Below the pieces are notes generated by a model that saw only the letters and a program-made list of their open reading frames with translations, was not told where the DNA came from and made no database searches. A stretch of DNA of 39,620 bases, taken from NCBI RefSeq assembly GCF_001194135.2, contig NC_068985.1, positions 118,418,203-118,457,822 on the forward strand. The letters run 5' to 3'. The translations under genes and the position numbers were made by a program. Origin of the DNA: Octopus bimaculoides. Lineage: Eukaryota. Position 1 is the stretch's first letter. Every line of letters begins with the position of its first letter. Positions 1 to 12,583 of this stretch are shown one piece after another.

Positions 1-259
1 GAAACTGAAAGAAGCCCGTCGTATATATGTATATATATATATATATGTATGTGTGTTTGTGTGTCTGTATTTGTCCCCCCACCATCGCTTGACAACCGAT
101 GCTGGTGTATTTACGTCCCCCGTAACCTAGCGGTTCAGCAAAAAGAGACCGATAGAATAAGTACTAGGCTTACAAAGAATAAGTCCTGGGGTCGATTTCC
201 TCGACTAAAGGCGGTGCTCCAGCATGGCCGCAGTCAAATGACTGAAACAAGTAAAAGAG
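1..259 (+). mobile_element. 3' part of a tRNA-derived SINE (family with internal TA/TG microsatellite)
   Basis: Colinear with the near full-length copy at 27348-27785 (gaaactgaaagaa.cccgtc...ccagcatggccgcagtcaaatgactgaaacaagtaaaag) and with - strand copies at 14961-15216 and 29341-29661. Confidence 0.85.
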
Positions 260-1842
260 TATATATATGTATGTATGTATATGTGTGTGTTTGTGTGCGT
301 GTGTGTGTTCAGCTTATATCCTTTTGATATCATTTCCTAATATATATTTACTATTTTTTATTTTTAAAGTTGCATCTTTTTACACTACAATTACTTTTAG
401 TCTAGTTGTAATTATTACCTTTGTTATCGTTACGTTAATAGATTTACCCAAGTAGTTTGTACTTAAGCTCCAGTCAAAAATATCTTTGCATTTTAGAATT
501 TTAGTTATTCTTCTCTTTGGTGAATATTGTTTGTATATGCAGATTGTATGTGTATAAATTGATATTGGAAAAGCGTGGGTTCCACCTCTTCCCCTCTTAT
601 CATTTCTGTTGCTAACAAAATCAGATTATTTTTTTACGAAAAGACAAATTTGGGACATATTTCAATTTTATAAATGTCATTTATTTAAATATCTGAGATT
701 ACAATGAATATTTGTTTCATATATCTACAAAAGAGTCATTACAAACAGTTGAAATGCCTCGTTTATTTTTGTTAACAAGAAAAATGAATATTTGTTCTTC
801 TTGAGGTATAAATCATTCTAAGAAATCTGTATTTCTCTTATGGTTGATTAGTGCAAAAAAGAAAAGAAAGAGATAAACAAACAATAATTCAAGGGAAATA
901 ATATATTTTAATATTTAGTCACTTGTTTAGCCCTAGGTCAACACTGATCTTGCAGACATGATCAAACGCATTCAAATATCTTACCTAATACATTCTTCTC
1001 TTTTAAAACGATTGGGTGTGGTGTAATGGAGGCTGCTATTTCTAGCAATTCGATCGACCACATAGAAACTTACCTGCTGACTGGATTTTGTGGGTTAGTT
1101 TTATACCCGGCGTTTAAAATTTATTTCATAATTTTCTCCTACTGTGTTTTTCGATACCGTTTCTCTTTTTAATGTTAATTTCTCGTATTGTTCTTTTCCC
1201 TCCACCGTCAAAAAGTCTTGCGTTTATAAAAAGAATGTATAACCGATTGAATTCGCCGCAGTATATGACTGGTACATGTTTAAGTAATCACTTAATACAC
1301 GGAGAAATTCGAAATCAGGACTAAGATAAATGTAACTAAATACCCACTCCAGTGTATTTATTCCGGAATTGTAGTATATCGCTTTATTGTTGTAAAATAA
1401 AATCAAGGAACAAAGATAAAAAACATTAAAACTAAAAAAAAACTCTTGCCCCTCTCTGCTCCACTACTAAATTTCTAACAAATTTTATTTGAAAAGTATT
1501 GAATCCTGCTTGACTACTTTGCTTATATGTAGCTGATCTTTGTTGGTCCAGCGAGATAAGAGGAGTCTCTACGTTGATATTTGACTTGCTAGAAATAGCA
1601 GTCAAATGTCTTAAACTATGTCTTACCTTCTTTACAAAGAACACGACTAGAATACCATTGATTATAACTCTCTTTAAGTAGGGCCTTAGGCCTAAATAAC
1701 AACAGTAACTATCTGTTGCTCAACACTGCAATTTTCATTATCTTTTTTTTTTTCATTATTTAGTAATCACACACACACACACACACACCCAAAAAAATAT
1801 TTAAAAAACCACTCAAAAGCAAACAAAAATACTATACAATAA

Positions 1843-2170
1843 TTGTTTCTAATTTAGGCACCACACCGGCAATTTTGAGAGAGGCGGTTGGTCAATTATA
1901 TCGAACCAGGTACTGGATTGGAACTTTATTTTATCGATTCCTGATGAAAGCAATGTTGCCGTGACAATTTGAACTTAAGAACGTCAAAAACCAGAATTAC
2001 TACAAGATATTTTGCCTGGTGCTCTAACAATTCTGCCACTCCATCATCCTTTCTGCTATAAGCACAAGGCCTGAAATTTTGGAGAGGGGACTAGTCGATT
2101 ACATCGACCCCAGCACTCAACTGGGACTTATGTCATTGACTTCGAAAGGATGAAAGGCCAAGTCGATCTA
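1843..2170 (-). mobile_element. Two adjacent copies of a second SINE family (core gcctttcatcctttcggggtcgat...agtaccag)
   Basis: Repeated motif ggatgaaaggc.aagtcgacctcggc..aatttgaactcag; its reverse complement carries a B-box-like gagttcaaatt. Further copies near 2615-2775, 5350-5650, 11090-11290, 11630-11780, 21470-21630 and 21930-22070. Boundaries approximate. Confidence 0.7.
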
Positions 2171-2176
2171 ATCATA

Positions 2177-2607
2177 AGGTATACCCACATAAGTGTGCAT
2201 CCCCGCCGGTTTTGCTTCCTAATAACTTTCAAGAAAGTTGATACTTTTAAATGAAATTTTTAAAAAATACCTTTCAGATGGTGTAGATTCCGATTATATC
2301 GTAATTTCGTGTGGAAAAAACAAAACAAAACAAAACAAAAAGCTTCGTAGGTGCGCATACATACTAACACACATTACATAGCTACGAAATCTGACTCGAA
2401 ATTTTGAAGAAAATTATGTGATGTGTTTCACTATGTATGTGTGTACGCCCATCATTTTTTTTTTTTTTTCACATTAAATTCTGATATAATCGTTATATAT
2501 ATAATCTGAAAGGTATTTGTAGATGATTTCATTAGAAAATATCCATTGTACTTAAAGTTATGGGGAAACAAATTTGGGGTGGGGGTTTACTTTGTGTAGG
2601 TACGCCC
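2177..2607. mobile_element. Foldback/MITE-like element with imperfect inverted arms of about 130 bp
   Basis: Left arm ggtatacccacataagtg...ataactttc...aatgaaat...aaatacctttcagat...cgattatatc matches the reverse complement of the right arm (gatataatcg...atctgaaaggtattt...atttcatt...aaagttat...tgtgtaggtacgccc). Confidence 0.65.
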
Positions 2608-3088
2608 ATAATAATCTTTTCTACTATAGTGTCTGGAATTTTGGGAGAATGGGGGCTAGTGGATTACATCGACTACAGTACTCCACTGATTCTTTATCAA
2701 CCTCGAAAGGATTGAAGGTAAAGTTGACCTCGGCGTAATTTCAACTCAGTACGTAAAGCCGGAAGAAATGCCGCTGGTTTCTGATTGTTTCTAAGTTAGG
2801 CAGAAAGTCAGTAGTTTTGAGAGGAGGAGTTTGGTCGTTTACCATCGACCCAATGCTTGACTGATATGGACTGCGGAGAAATGAAAGGCGAAAAATAAAA
2901 TTTAGTATGTTGAAGGAAAAACAAATGCAACGAAACATTGTTATCTCCCTTCATGATTTGTTTGATGTGCAAAACCAACAACTGGACCTTTACGTGGTCG
3001 CTCAAAATGCTAGACATAGCAGCTAAGTCTTCCTTAACTCACATTTCACCTTTTAAAATCAAAGAAAAGATGCATTAAGCAAATTATA

Positions 3089-3977
3089 CGAGGAGCATTC
3101 CTGAAGTTTTTGAGGCTTTTTTAGCAGAAGCAGTTATAACTTCTAGATTATTGTAATTTTAGAATTTAGCATATCCTTATTTAGTTTATCATTACATGTC
3201 TAATAAGCTGACATGTCAACTTTTGTTATTCCAGATTGAATGAGATGGCTGTAACAAAATTTTGAACACATCCTACTAAACACTGCTTATCACAGCTAAC
3301 TAATGTGCAGAATGCAGTCAGGACATTTGGAAGCTTGCTATGCGATGGAGCTTTGTATTAGACTGGGCAAAATCTTTACAGATATTTATGAAATGCTCCA
3401 GCCTACTTATGGATTAACTTTTTTGCTAGCATAAGCAGTTCAAGGATAGCAGGGAGTAGATGAGAGGGAGGGGAACACCAGAGCTGGTTGAGAAAATTTG
3501 TAATTTTCTGGATGAAGATCATTGTGTGTCTATAAAGACAAGAAACATACAACTTGGAGTTGGTGTAGCAACTATACACAGAACTATTCACGATGGTGTG
3601 AACTTGCACCAAATTTTTGCTAATTTTGTTCCTGAGGTGCTCAGTGATGAGCATCCTAGTAACCATCTATTTGACAGAGATGAGTATCGAAACTGTCCCT
3701 TGCCCTCTTTATAGTCCAGACCTTACTTCCTGTGACTTTTGCTTGTACCCTAAGCTGAAGAAGAACCACACAAGTAGCCTACTTTGAATTTGAAGGAGGC
3801 AGTGCCTAGAGTCTTGGACACCTTCACTTTGGAGTACTTCAATGGGACCTTCACAAAGTGGCTGGAGTGCTACAATAAGTGAGGATGCTACTTTGAAGGA
3901 GATTAGAGTTTTGTACTATTTTGAAATTAATAAATGGTTCTCCTGAAAATGTCTGAAAACTTATGGAATGCACTTCA
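3089..3977 (+). mobile_element. Internally deleted, decayed mariner (Tc1/mariner) element
   Basis: TA-flanked imperfect TIRs (cgaggagcattcctgaagtttt vs reverse complement tgaagtgcattccataagtttt). Transposase remnants ...EKICNFLDEDHCVSIK...IHRTIHDGVNL..IFANFVPEVLSDE (WVP-linker region) and, in another frame, CPLYSPDLTSCDFCLYPKLK (YSPDLAP.DF motif). Confidence 0.85.
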
Positions 3978-5825
3978 TAGTCCCTCATTTACAAAAGAAC
4001 ATGGTCACAACTAGAACATCTTTGATCATAGCTCTGCTTGATCAGACTTGACATGGGGGTTAAACAACAACAACTACCATGAGACAAACCAAAAAGTGTA
4101 CCTCTGTATGGTTTACACAAACTGCTAGAAATAATAGCCAAACCTCTTTCGAATTAATTTTTTGTCTGAAAAAATGGTAATTTATATTTGATTACAATGA
4201 AATCTTTGTTAGAATTTCATTCAAATGTAGGAATCATTGTAGGAACATAAACTGACCGTAGTAATTGACTGGTATTTTATTTCTAGTGCTCTAAATGCCA
4301 TGAAAAAGATGGGATATTATGAATGGAATGTCTATTGGATTATGACTAATATAGCTAAAAAAATAACAGTAAGCTTTGTGGGGAACTTTGGCCCAACATT
4401 TCAAAGTAACAAAATATTTGTGCCTTCCTCATTGTTTACATTTGCATTTGTATAGTCTAAGCCTCTGAGAAAGAGATACAGTCAATGTGACATTTATTGA
4501 TTCAAATTCACCTTTTGTATTGCACTATGATCAGAATGCCTAATCTTGTGTGCTTCAATTCACTTGGTTGTTCTTTAGTCTCAGGCAAGCTCTAAGAAGA
4601 TCATCTTGTCTTTTATTATTCAAACATTATTTAATACTACATTATCCAATGTATTCTTTTATTGCATTTTAAAGATAATAGGTGTAATTTGAGGAAGATT
4701 TACCTGCTATTTCTTGCATGTTGATGACTGCGTAGAAACTTCCTCCTTGGATCATTGTTAATAGTGTTTCTAATACCATTGTTCTTGTTTTTAGCCTCAG
4801 ATAAGTCCTGACCAAACAGACCTTTTTCTCATCATGGCCATTCCATCTCTTCTTCAAGACACTGAATGCAAGGCTACAAATATCTAATGTCTTCATGCAT
4901 TCTTTTGTGATGGTTAAATGTAATTTGAAGGAAATTTGGCTGTTATGTTTAGGAAGTGGAGCAGTTGTATAAAGGCTCCTTCAGTAGTTCCATATGGAAT
5001 ATATTCTGTAATAGACTGGGGGTAAATATCAAAAGGAGTTATTTTTGCTTCTAAAGTTATTAAACTGGGGATAATTACTGAAATAGACCATGAAAATGCA
5101 AATGGCCAGCCTGGTTATAACTAGAATGCATTTGGTTATAGGTTTGTTTAATCAGGGCTGATTTTAAACTTAATAGCAACGATTCCCATCTCTGTAAATT
5201 TTGCTTGATTATTATTAAGAGAGAGGATTAGCTTTAGAGTGGTGTACTGATAAAACTTTTACAGTATTAGACAAAATGTCACAAGGCATTTGTTCAGGCC
5301 CTTTATATTTTGATGTCAAAATCTCACAAAGGTTAACTTTGCTTTTCATACTTTTGGGGTCAATAGAATAAAGTACCAGTCAAGTACTGGGGTCAATTTA
5401 ATTGAGTAACTCCTATCCCCAAATTTGAAACCTTGTGGCTATGTTAGAAAACATTGTTATTGACAGAATTGTTTTGACCATCGAACAAAATACTTAGCAG
5501 TATTTGTTCTAGCTCTTTGCATTCTTGAGTTCAAATCCTGCTGATGTTAATCTTGCCTTTTATCTTTATGACTTTGGTAAAATGAAGTACCAGACTAGAT
5601 ATGGGGGTTGATACAAACTTGCTTGATTTCTGGCCTTGTGCCTATGTAAGAAATTATATTTACTTTTGTTTCAGTGCCACTACAAATCTTTGATTTATCT
5701 TTTGTTTTTTTATTTCTTTTTCAGCTCAATGGTAAACAATAAACAATACTAGATAGCATTTATTTAAAATTTATTCACAAGTGTACTACTTTGTGCTAGG
5801 AGGTGCTGCTCTTCTGTACTAAAAA

Positions 5826-6333
5826 ATGTCTCGCTATGATGTAGAGAAGTTCCATCCACCCCCAGACCCTGAACTAATATGCTGTATCTGCCAGTGTGTA
5901 CTTGACAATGCAAAAGAAAGCCCCTGTCGCCACGTCTTCTGTAAAGTGTGCATAGAGCAGTGGCTGGAGGATCACAACAGTTGTCCAACATGCCGTACGT
6001 GGTTGAGCAAGCATGACCTTCAGAATGTGCTGCCCCTTGTTCAAAACATGATCAATAAATTGGCCATGTACTGTGACTTCCGTAATAATGGCTGTGATGA
6101 GAAAATTATACTGGAAATGTATGATGTGCACATTCAGAAGTGTGACTTCAAACTATTGCAGTGTCCCTACCCTGGCTGCAATTCAACTGTATTACATAAG
6201 GACCTTTCCAAACATATGAATGAACTGTGCACTTTCCGGGAGGTAACCTGCAACAGAGGTTGTTATTTAAAAATCCCAATTAATGAAGTACCTGTCCATG
6301 ACTGCCTTTCTTCTTTAAAGCAAAAATCAGAAA
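5826..6333 (+). CDS. Coding exon 1 of a RING-HC + TRAF/Sina-type zinc finger E3 ligase (RNF151/RNF41/PDZRN-like N terminus)
   Basis: MSRYDVEKF...LICCICQCVL...PCRHVFCKVCI...CPTCR is a C3HC4 RING, followed by C..RNNGC...H...C and CPYPGC...H....C zinc fingers. Acceptor tttttcag ends at 5724 (5' UTR part 5725-5825); donor aaa|gtaagt after 6333, phase 1. Confidence 0.9.
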
Positions 6334-7180
6334 GTAAGTGGGTTTTTTTTTCCTTTATTTTTATTTTTTTCCTCATTTTTCCAAAATATAAATTCAAAAT
6401 ATGTGCCACCAATTTCATGCTCATGTGTCTGAACTTCCTTTAAAGCACTTTTTTGTGGTTCTGATATCTTTAGTTTGTCTACCAGGCAACACAGATTCTG
6501 CTCCTACTTTCTAGTTAGCAGTAGAAATGGCATCCTGCTTTAAAAATAAATGTGTCCAATAAAATACAAATCTCATCAATGCTAACTTGGAAAAATTAAT
6601 GTAAAACAGCCATAACTTATAAAGATGTATTTAATTAAGAAGTGGAAGGAGCCTGTGGAGAGAAAAAAGTGTCTTCTACTATAGCCTCGGGCCTGCTTCC
6701 ATTCAGTTTCTCTTTGGTCTGTCTGAAGCCTATAGTTGATGACACTTGCCCAAGTTTCTATGCAGTCAGACTGAACTTAATGCCACAGGCTGCAAAGCAA
6801 ACTTCTTAACCACAACCCATGCTAGCATGGAAAGCGGACGTTAAACGATGATGATGATGATGATGATCTCCATCGCTGCACCTAATTTCATATGTTACAT
6901 GTAAATTAATTGATTTTGATTTTAGATTATCTTTTGTAAAAAACATTTCATAACTCCTTTCATCTTATGAACTTTGCCATGGACCACTGATGATTCACCT
7001 GGACCTTGTTGTATATCATTGTTTTAACCTCACCACTATTGCACCTCTTTTCTGAACATGTCTGGTTTATTGAAATATTTTTCAACAATTTGAAAAATTC
7101 ATCCTAAAATCTCTTTTCCGGAAAGTATTTCCACATATATATATATCTAAACTGTTTTTCAATTTCTTTTTTAATTTCAG

Positions 7181-9825
7181 AACAACAGAAATTAATTGAA
7201 GAATATTTGAAGAAAATAAAAGAATTTATTACATTGAATGATACTTTGAAAAAGAAAGTGGAGAACTTACTTCGGAATTTTGATGACACAAGTCCTCATT
7301 CTGTTGAAGGTGTATCTAATTTATTTTCCTCTTCTTATGAAGATGAAGAAGATAACACTCCAATTAACGTCCTTCGAAGAACAGCCGATAATTCCGTCAC
7401 TAAGTTGTTAGTCATGTGTAATTATCTTGAATTTTACACTGATGCTATCGATCAGATTACAGATGAGATCAACGAACTCCAAGATGAAACCAGTCCTGTA
7501 ATAAATTCTAGCTCTACATCTACAGCTATTGCAGCAGCCACTACTGAGCCAACACAAAACTCAGAAGATACAACTGGAAACAGACAAAATGTAACAGCCA
7601 CTTCAGTAGAACCTGACTTACATGGCAATAATAGCAGTGAGTCGAGAAGATTTAGTAGTACAAGGTTTTCTCAGTCGTCTGAGACCTATCTGTCTAATGG
7701 TAATCCCGACCAAGATCCTAGTACCAATGCTGAGTCAGTGTTATCCAACTCAGTTCAGTTTTATTCTGGAGAGACTGGAAGTGCTACAACTAGTCCTGAA
7801 GACTATCCAGCTACAGATAGAGAGCTTGAGGTTTCCTATGTGGCAGATTCTGAAGAAGGGAATAATTCTTCTGCTGGTTTTAACTACAATAATGCAAGTG
7901 ATGATGATCTATTTGATTGGTATGTAGATGAGGAGGAAATCACTAGTGATGTTTCTTCTTCAATGCATTCCTCTCTTGTTACTAATGTCCCACTGGAATC
8001 CACTGCAAATGATGCTACATCTCAACCAGAAAATTTTTTTGATCCAGAATATTGGATTGACACATACTATCCACAATCATCCGACAGAGGTAATGAAGTT
8101 CACACACCAGAGAATGGGGTTGAGTTTGATAATGTCAGTGTAAATGCCACTGATGGAGATTCATACACACATCACTCAGAGGAAAACTATCTCTCATCTA
8201 ACTATCTTTCATCGCCTTCTGTAACATCGGTACAGTTTTCCCCTTTGGTCTCATCATCACCACATCACGAGTCTGACAGTGACATGTATGTCTTATTTTC
8301 AGATTATAGTGATGATGAAGTCAATCATGATATTGAACTGATATCTGAGAATGAAGTCAGATTCGCTGTCCCATTAGAGTCTCATTGTGATAATCCTCAT
8401 TCAGAAGACAGTAGGACCATGAGTGATGATGAGGACGAGGGGGATGATGATGATGATGATGATGACGATGATGATGATGACGACGACAGAAACAATTCGG
8501 TTTATCAACTTACTTTCTTGGAAAACCAAAATTCAATACGTGAGGAAAATGATGAAGAATCCCCTAGTCCACCAAATGTGTGTATGTTTGACCAGCCTGA
8601 TGATTCCAGTGCTGTGAGAGTATCTACCACAAACAATTCAAATCTAGACATCAATGAAGTTAGTATAACACATGTTTACTCTTCTGATAATAAATTGTCT
8701 GCCCCTAATGAAAGACCAGTGAACCGAGTTTCATCCCAGGTATCACTTTATCAGCAAAGACATCGTTACTATGACTTCAACTCCGAACCACTTGCTGTAC
8801 CCAGTCAACACCATGTTTTACGCTTACTTCAGTCCAATAAAGATTCTATGCGGTTCAGTCAGCATGTTGTGTCAGGTAACACTGAGTCAACTCGTCAAAC
8901 TCCTGGTGTATCTATAAAAATTGAACCTACATTAGATTTCATACGGGTTTCATCTTCGGATTCAGGAAATATTCAAAAATCAACCCTGACTACCCGAACA
9001 GTGTGTGTACCCCTGCATGACATGAACACTTGCAATTCAGATGATGTAAAAGTAATTAGTGAGAGAGTTGTCCAGGCAGATACTACTCTTCAATATCCTT
9101 CTTCTCAAAACCCATCACGATACAACCAACGCAGGAAAAGGCAAAATTCATCCCCTTCTGGTAATAGCTTTCCTTCAAAAGTACGTCGCGGGCGTGACCA
9201 CTCAAATTTTTATCCCCAGTCCACCTTTACAAATACCATACGAAATCGCGTTATGTCTCTAAAAAATGGACAGAACACTTCCAATCAACATCTCAAACAT
9301 CATTTTTCCAATCGGCAGCATGCTTCACAAACTACTACTAGCACTGCTTCAAGTGCAAATATTTCTGCTCCTTCAAACACTGCTGTTATGTCATCCTGTC
9401 GACCGAGTTCTCGTTACACTACACTTCACTCTAGTTGGCGAGGAACAGAACCTTGTAACAACAACAGAACAAGATGCAATACAAAAAAAACTGCTGCCGC
9501 TTGTGAAAGACAAATGACTATACAGACTAATGTCCAAATTAACCAATTAGAAGATAGATCATTGCCCAATGTGAACTCTACCGATGGTACTGTGCCCTTT
9601 GGCCTGCCAATGCCAGATCAATTACATTCCCACAGATCTGAGCACACTCTTGGCCAAACAGATTCGGACAATGCTAGTTATGAACCTTCAGAGAGCTGCT
9701 CTGATTCTGAGGTTCCAGAATCTGACAGTAGTTACGAAGTATTAATACCAAAAACTATTTCTCAATTATTAGATGAATATAATTCTGATGAAACAGATGA
9801 GAGTTGGTCAGTTGGTATGGACTAA
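7181..9825 (+). CDS. Coding exon 2 of the RING E3 gene: coiled coil then a roughly 850-aa acidic, Ser/Asn-rich disordered tail
   Basis: Acceptor ttttttaatttcag ends at 7180; the phase-1 join gives ...KSE-K-QQKLIEEYLKKIKE..., in frame with the 7207-9825 ORF. Spliced CDS 508+2645=3153 nt, 1050 aa. A stop-free 2.6-kb frame in AT-rich DNA supports coding. Confidence 0.88.
8443..8487 (+). repeat. (GAT/GAC)15 coding microsatellite, poly-Asp tract
   Basis: 15 consecutive Asp codons in the exon-2 frame. Confidence 0.95.
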
Positions 9826-11329
9826 AATTAAATTTTTCAGAAAAAAATCATCAATTTAAAAAGAAAAGTCTTTAAAATCTCTTCCTTCCATATTTAACTT
9901 TTATATAATTAATAAAAATCAACTACCCATTTTTGATTCTGACTATTTCTGATTGAAAGTAAATTCTTTTTTTAATTTCCTTTGTTTAATTTCATGATTT
10001 GTAACTTGTTGATTTTTTTTGGCCCTCTTTTTTTGTAAAGAGCAAGAAGTTAATCACTTTTACTATTTTTAAAACTCTTTTGAGACTATATTTCTTATGA
10101 AATACACTATTCGTAGGTTTCAATTAATTTTGAATATAGAGATGTAAAATCATTTGGAAATCTATATCCATTGAAAAAGCCACAGAGATGGTATAGTGAA
10201 AAACTTGTGGTAAAAGAGAAAGAATATAAACAACAATGAGTGTACTTAAAAGCATTAATAATATGATTTTTCCATAATATAACAATATTGGTTTCAACAT
10301 TTGGTTTTAGATCAAAATCTTTGCAAAACAAAATTACTTCAAAAACAAGAAATATTTGGAAGATATTAGTAATTAACTTTCATATTACTAATCTTGTGTG
10401 TGGAACATAAAAAAAGTTCCTTAAATCATTACAGTTTTTAATTTAGATATGAATATTTGATAATGAGATGTTTTGTATTAGGAACCCAAAGGTATCAAGA
10501 GGGTTAAATGGGGGTTTTTTTTGTCATTATAGACTTCTCACCTTAGCAAGCTGTGTGCATGTCTTATCTTTTCAGGTTTACTAATAAATCTAAATATTTC
10601 TATTAATGCTACTACTTAGGAAGAATATCTAGACACAAAACTGAGATATGATGGTGGAGTGGTTCAGTGTTGTTTAATTTTAGGTCAGCCCTGATGTTAA
10701 TGGCTACATTATCTAGTGTTGGGTGCAATTGAAAAGGAATTTTGGCTGCTATTTCTAGCAGATCGAATGACCATGTCGAGGTGCCTTAATTGGCTCTTGA
10801 TCAAAGTGCTTGTCTCCCTAGTGATCATCTGGAGGTCAAACCCTGATACTAGCATTTCCTCTTTTCAAACCTGTTGCTGATTGATAGGGTTTGTTTAAAT
10901 TTTGCAATGACGGTTATAATTTATGAATTATAACTATATCTACATTAAATTCTGGAATATCACAAGATCTTTTCTCTGGCAGCTTACTGACTCTGCTCTC
11001 TCTTGCTTTCTTTTTCCTTATTGCTTTATTTTTAAGAAGAGCATAAAATGAATATGGAAAGATGGAATAAAATTCAGGTAAAAATGATTCTTACATAGGC
11101 ACAAAGGCTCACATTTAGGGTAGGGGTATTATCAATTTACATATTTCTTCATTGGTATTTTAATTTATCAACATTTAGAAGGATGAAAGGCAAAGGTAAC
11201 TGGCAGAATTTGCACTCAAAACTTAAAAGGCTGCAACTAAATACCACAAAGCATTTTTTTTTTTAAGCTCTAACAACCCTGCCAATCAACTGTTCTTGAG
11301 AATAATGTTAATTTCTCACATTGATCATT

Positions 11330-11613
11330 GCCAGTGCCCCTGGACTGGCTATTGTGCAGGTGGCACATAAAATACACCATTTTGAGTGTGGCTGTTGCCA
11401 GTACCGCCTGACTGACCTTCGTGCCGGTGGCACGTAAAAAGCACCCACTACACTCTCTGAGTGGCTGGCGTTAGGAAGGGCATCCAGCTGTAGAAACTCT
11501 GCCAAATCAGATTGGATCCTGGTGTAGCCATCTGGTTTCACCAGTCCTCAGTCAAATCGTCCAACCCATGCTAGCATGGAAAGCGGACGTTAAACGATGA
11601 TGATGATGATGAT
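11330..11613 (+). mobile_element. RTE-type retroposon 3' tail ending in (GAT)n
   Basis: ggtggcacgtaaaaagcac...ggcgttaggaagggcatccagctgtagaaactctgccaaat...aacccatgctagcatggaaagcggacgttaaacgatgatgat; near-identical inverted copies at 22607-22790 and 26367-26506, and a homologous tail downstream of the LINE coding remnant at 38040-38198. Confidence 0.85.
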
Positions 11614-12512
11614 GTAAAGTCACGCATTAAATCAATTCCCAGTAGCCCTTATTTTATTTCATTGACTTCCCCTGGAAGGATGAAAGGCAAGGCTGATTTC
11701 ACAAGGATTTGAACAAAAAAATGACAAAGACTGTAGCTAAATATAGCAAACAATTTTGTTCAACACTTATGATTCAGCCACTCCGGTGTCTTTAGGATAG
11801 CCTTGATATCAACCCATTTGATACCAACCTGCCTGGTTCTGATTCAAACTTTTAAAGGGATCTAAATTAAAACCTTCCATTAAAATTTCACATTGTGTTC
11901 TGAATACCAGTTTAATGACAGTTATTTTACTAAATTCTTTGGTATTTTCAAAATTAATTAAAACTAAGGTAATGTGTGTCAAACATAAGGTAACAAAAGA
12001 TTTGTATAAGAATAGGTGAATGGCAGGAACAATAACACATGAGAGAAAACACTACTAACATGGTGGAATGAATAAGCTTTTGATTCAACTCAGAAAATTT
12101 ATATAGCAGCAAAGAATCATGGAATAAGATGTTAAAATTAAGGTTTGTGTAAAATCCCCTCTCATTGAAATTCTGTATTGAAACCTTGTTATGGTCAACA
12201 TATGTAAACAAACTTTTTTTGTTTTTTGGAAGTGTCGAATGTGTATCATATCATACAGACAAGAAAGTAATATTTCGAACACAGTGTAACCATAAAAAAG
12301 AAAGATTGGGTTTTACCCTTATATGATAGAAAAAGTTGTCAGCTGTTTTCATGGCTATTCTGAATTTGAGATATTCCTTTCTTGTTTGTATGATATGATA
12401 CATATTTAATGTTTCCAAAAACCAAACAAAAAAATACTTGTTTATATGTGTTGTTGCATTTCACATATTGCTATGTATTTAGTGTTTAATTTGATAGGGA
12501 TTGTTGTCAGCA

Positions 12513-12583
12513 GGCAATCTAGCTTAATGGTAGAGTACTCAGCTGGTATCTGAGAGGTGCATGTTCAAGTCCTGTGGCTGTTT
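12513..12583 (+). pseudogene. tRNA-like cloverleaf (pseudo-tRNA or SINE head), anticodon GGT
   Basis: D arm gctt/gagt, anticodon arm ctcag-ctggtat-ctgag, T loop ttcaagt. One mismatch each in the acceptor and T stems plus several G-U pairs. Confidence 0.5.

Noticed and set aside
1068-1680. Minus-strand exons (donor-like cag|gtaagt at 1074/1073; ORFs 1224-1406 and 1432-1644)
   Set aside because: No recognisable protein, no open frame reaching the donor, and overlap with the dispersed gctatttctagca repeat. A non-coding exon cannot be excluded.
2750-2790. ETS-type promoter (ccggaag) for the RING gene
   Set aside because: It falls inside a SINE head copy; the true first exon was not identified.
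8020-8060. FFAT motif in the RING protein tail (ENFFDPEY)
   Set aside because: Pro at position 5 and no Glu at position 7 depart from EFFDAxE; too weak to call.
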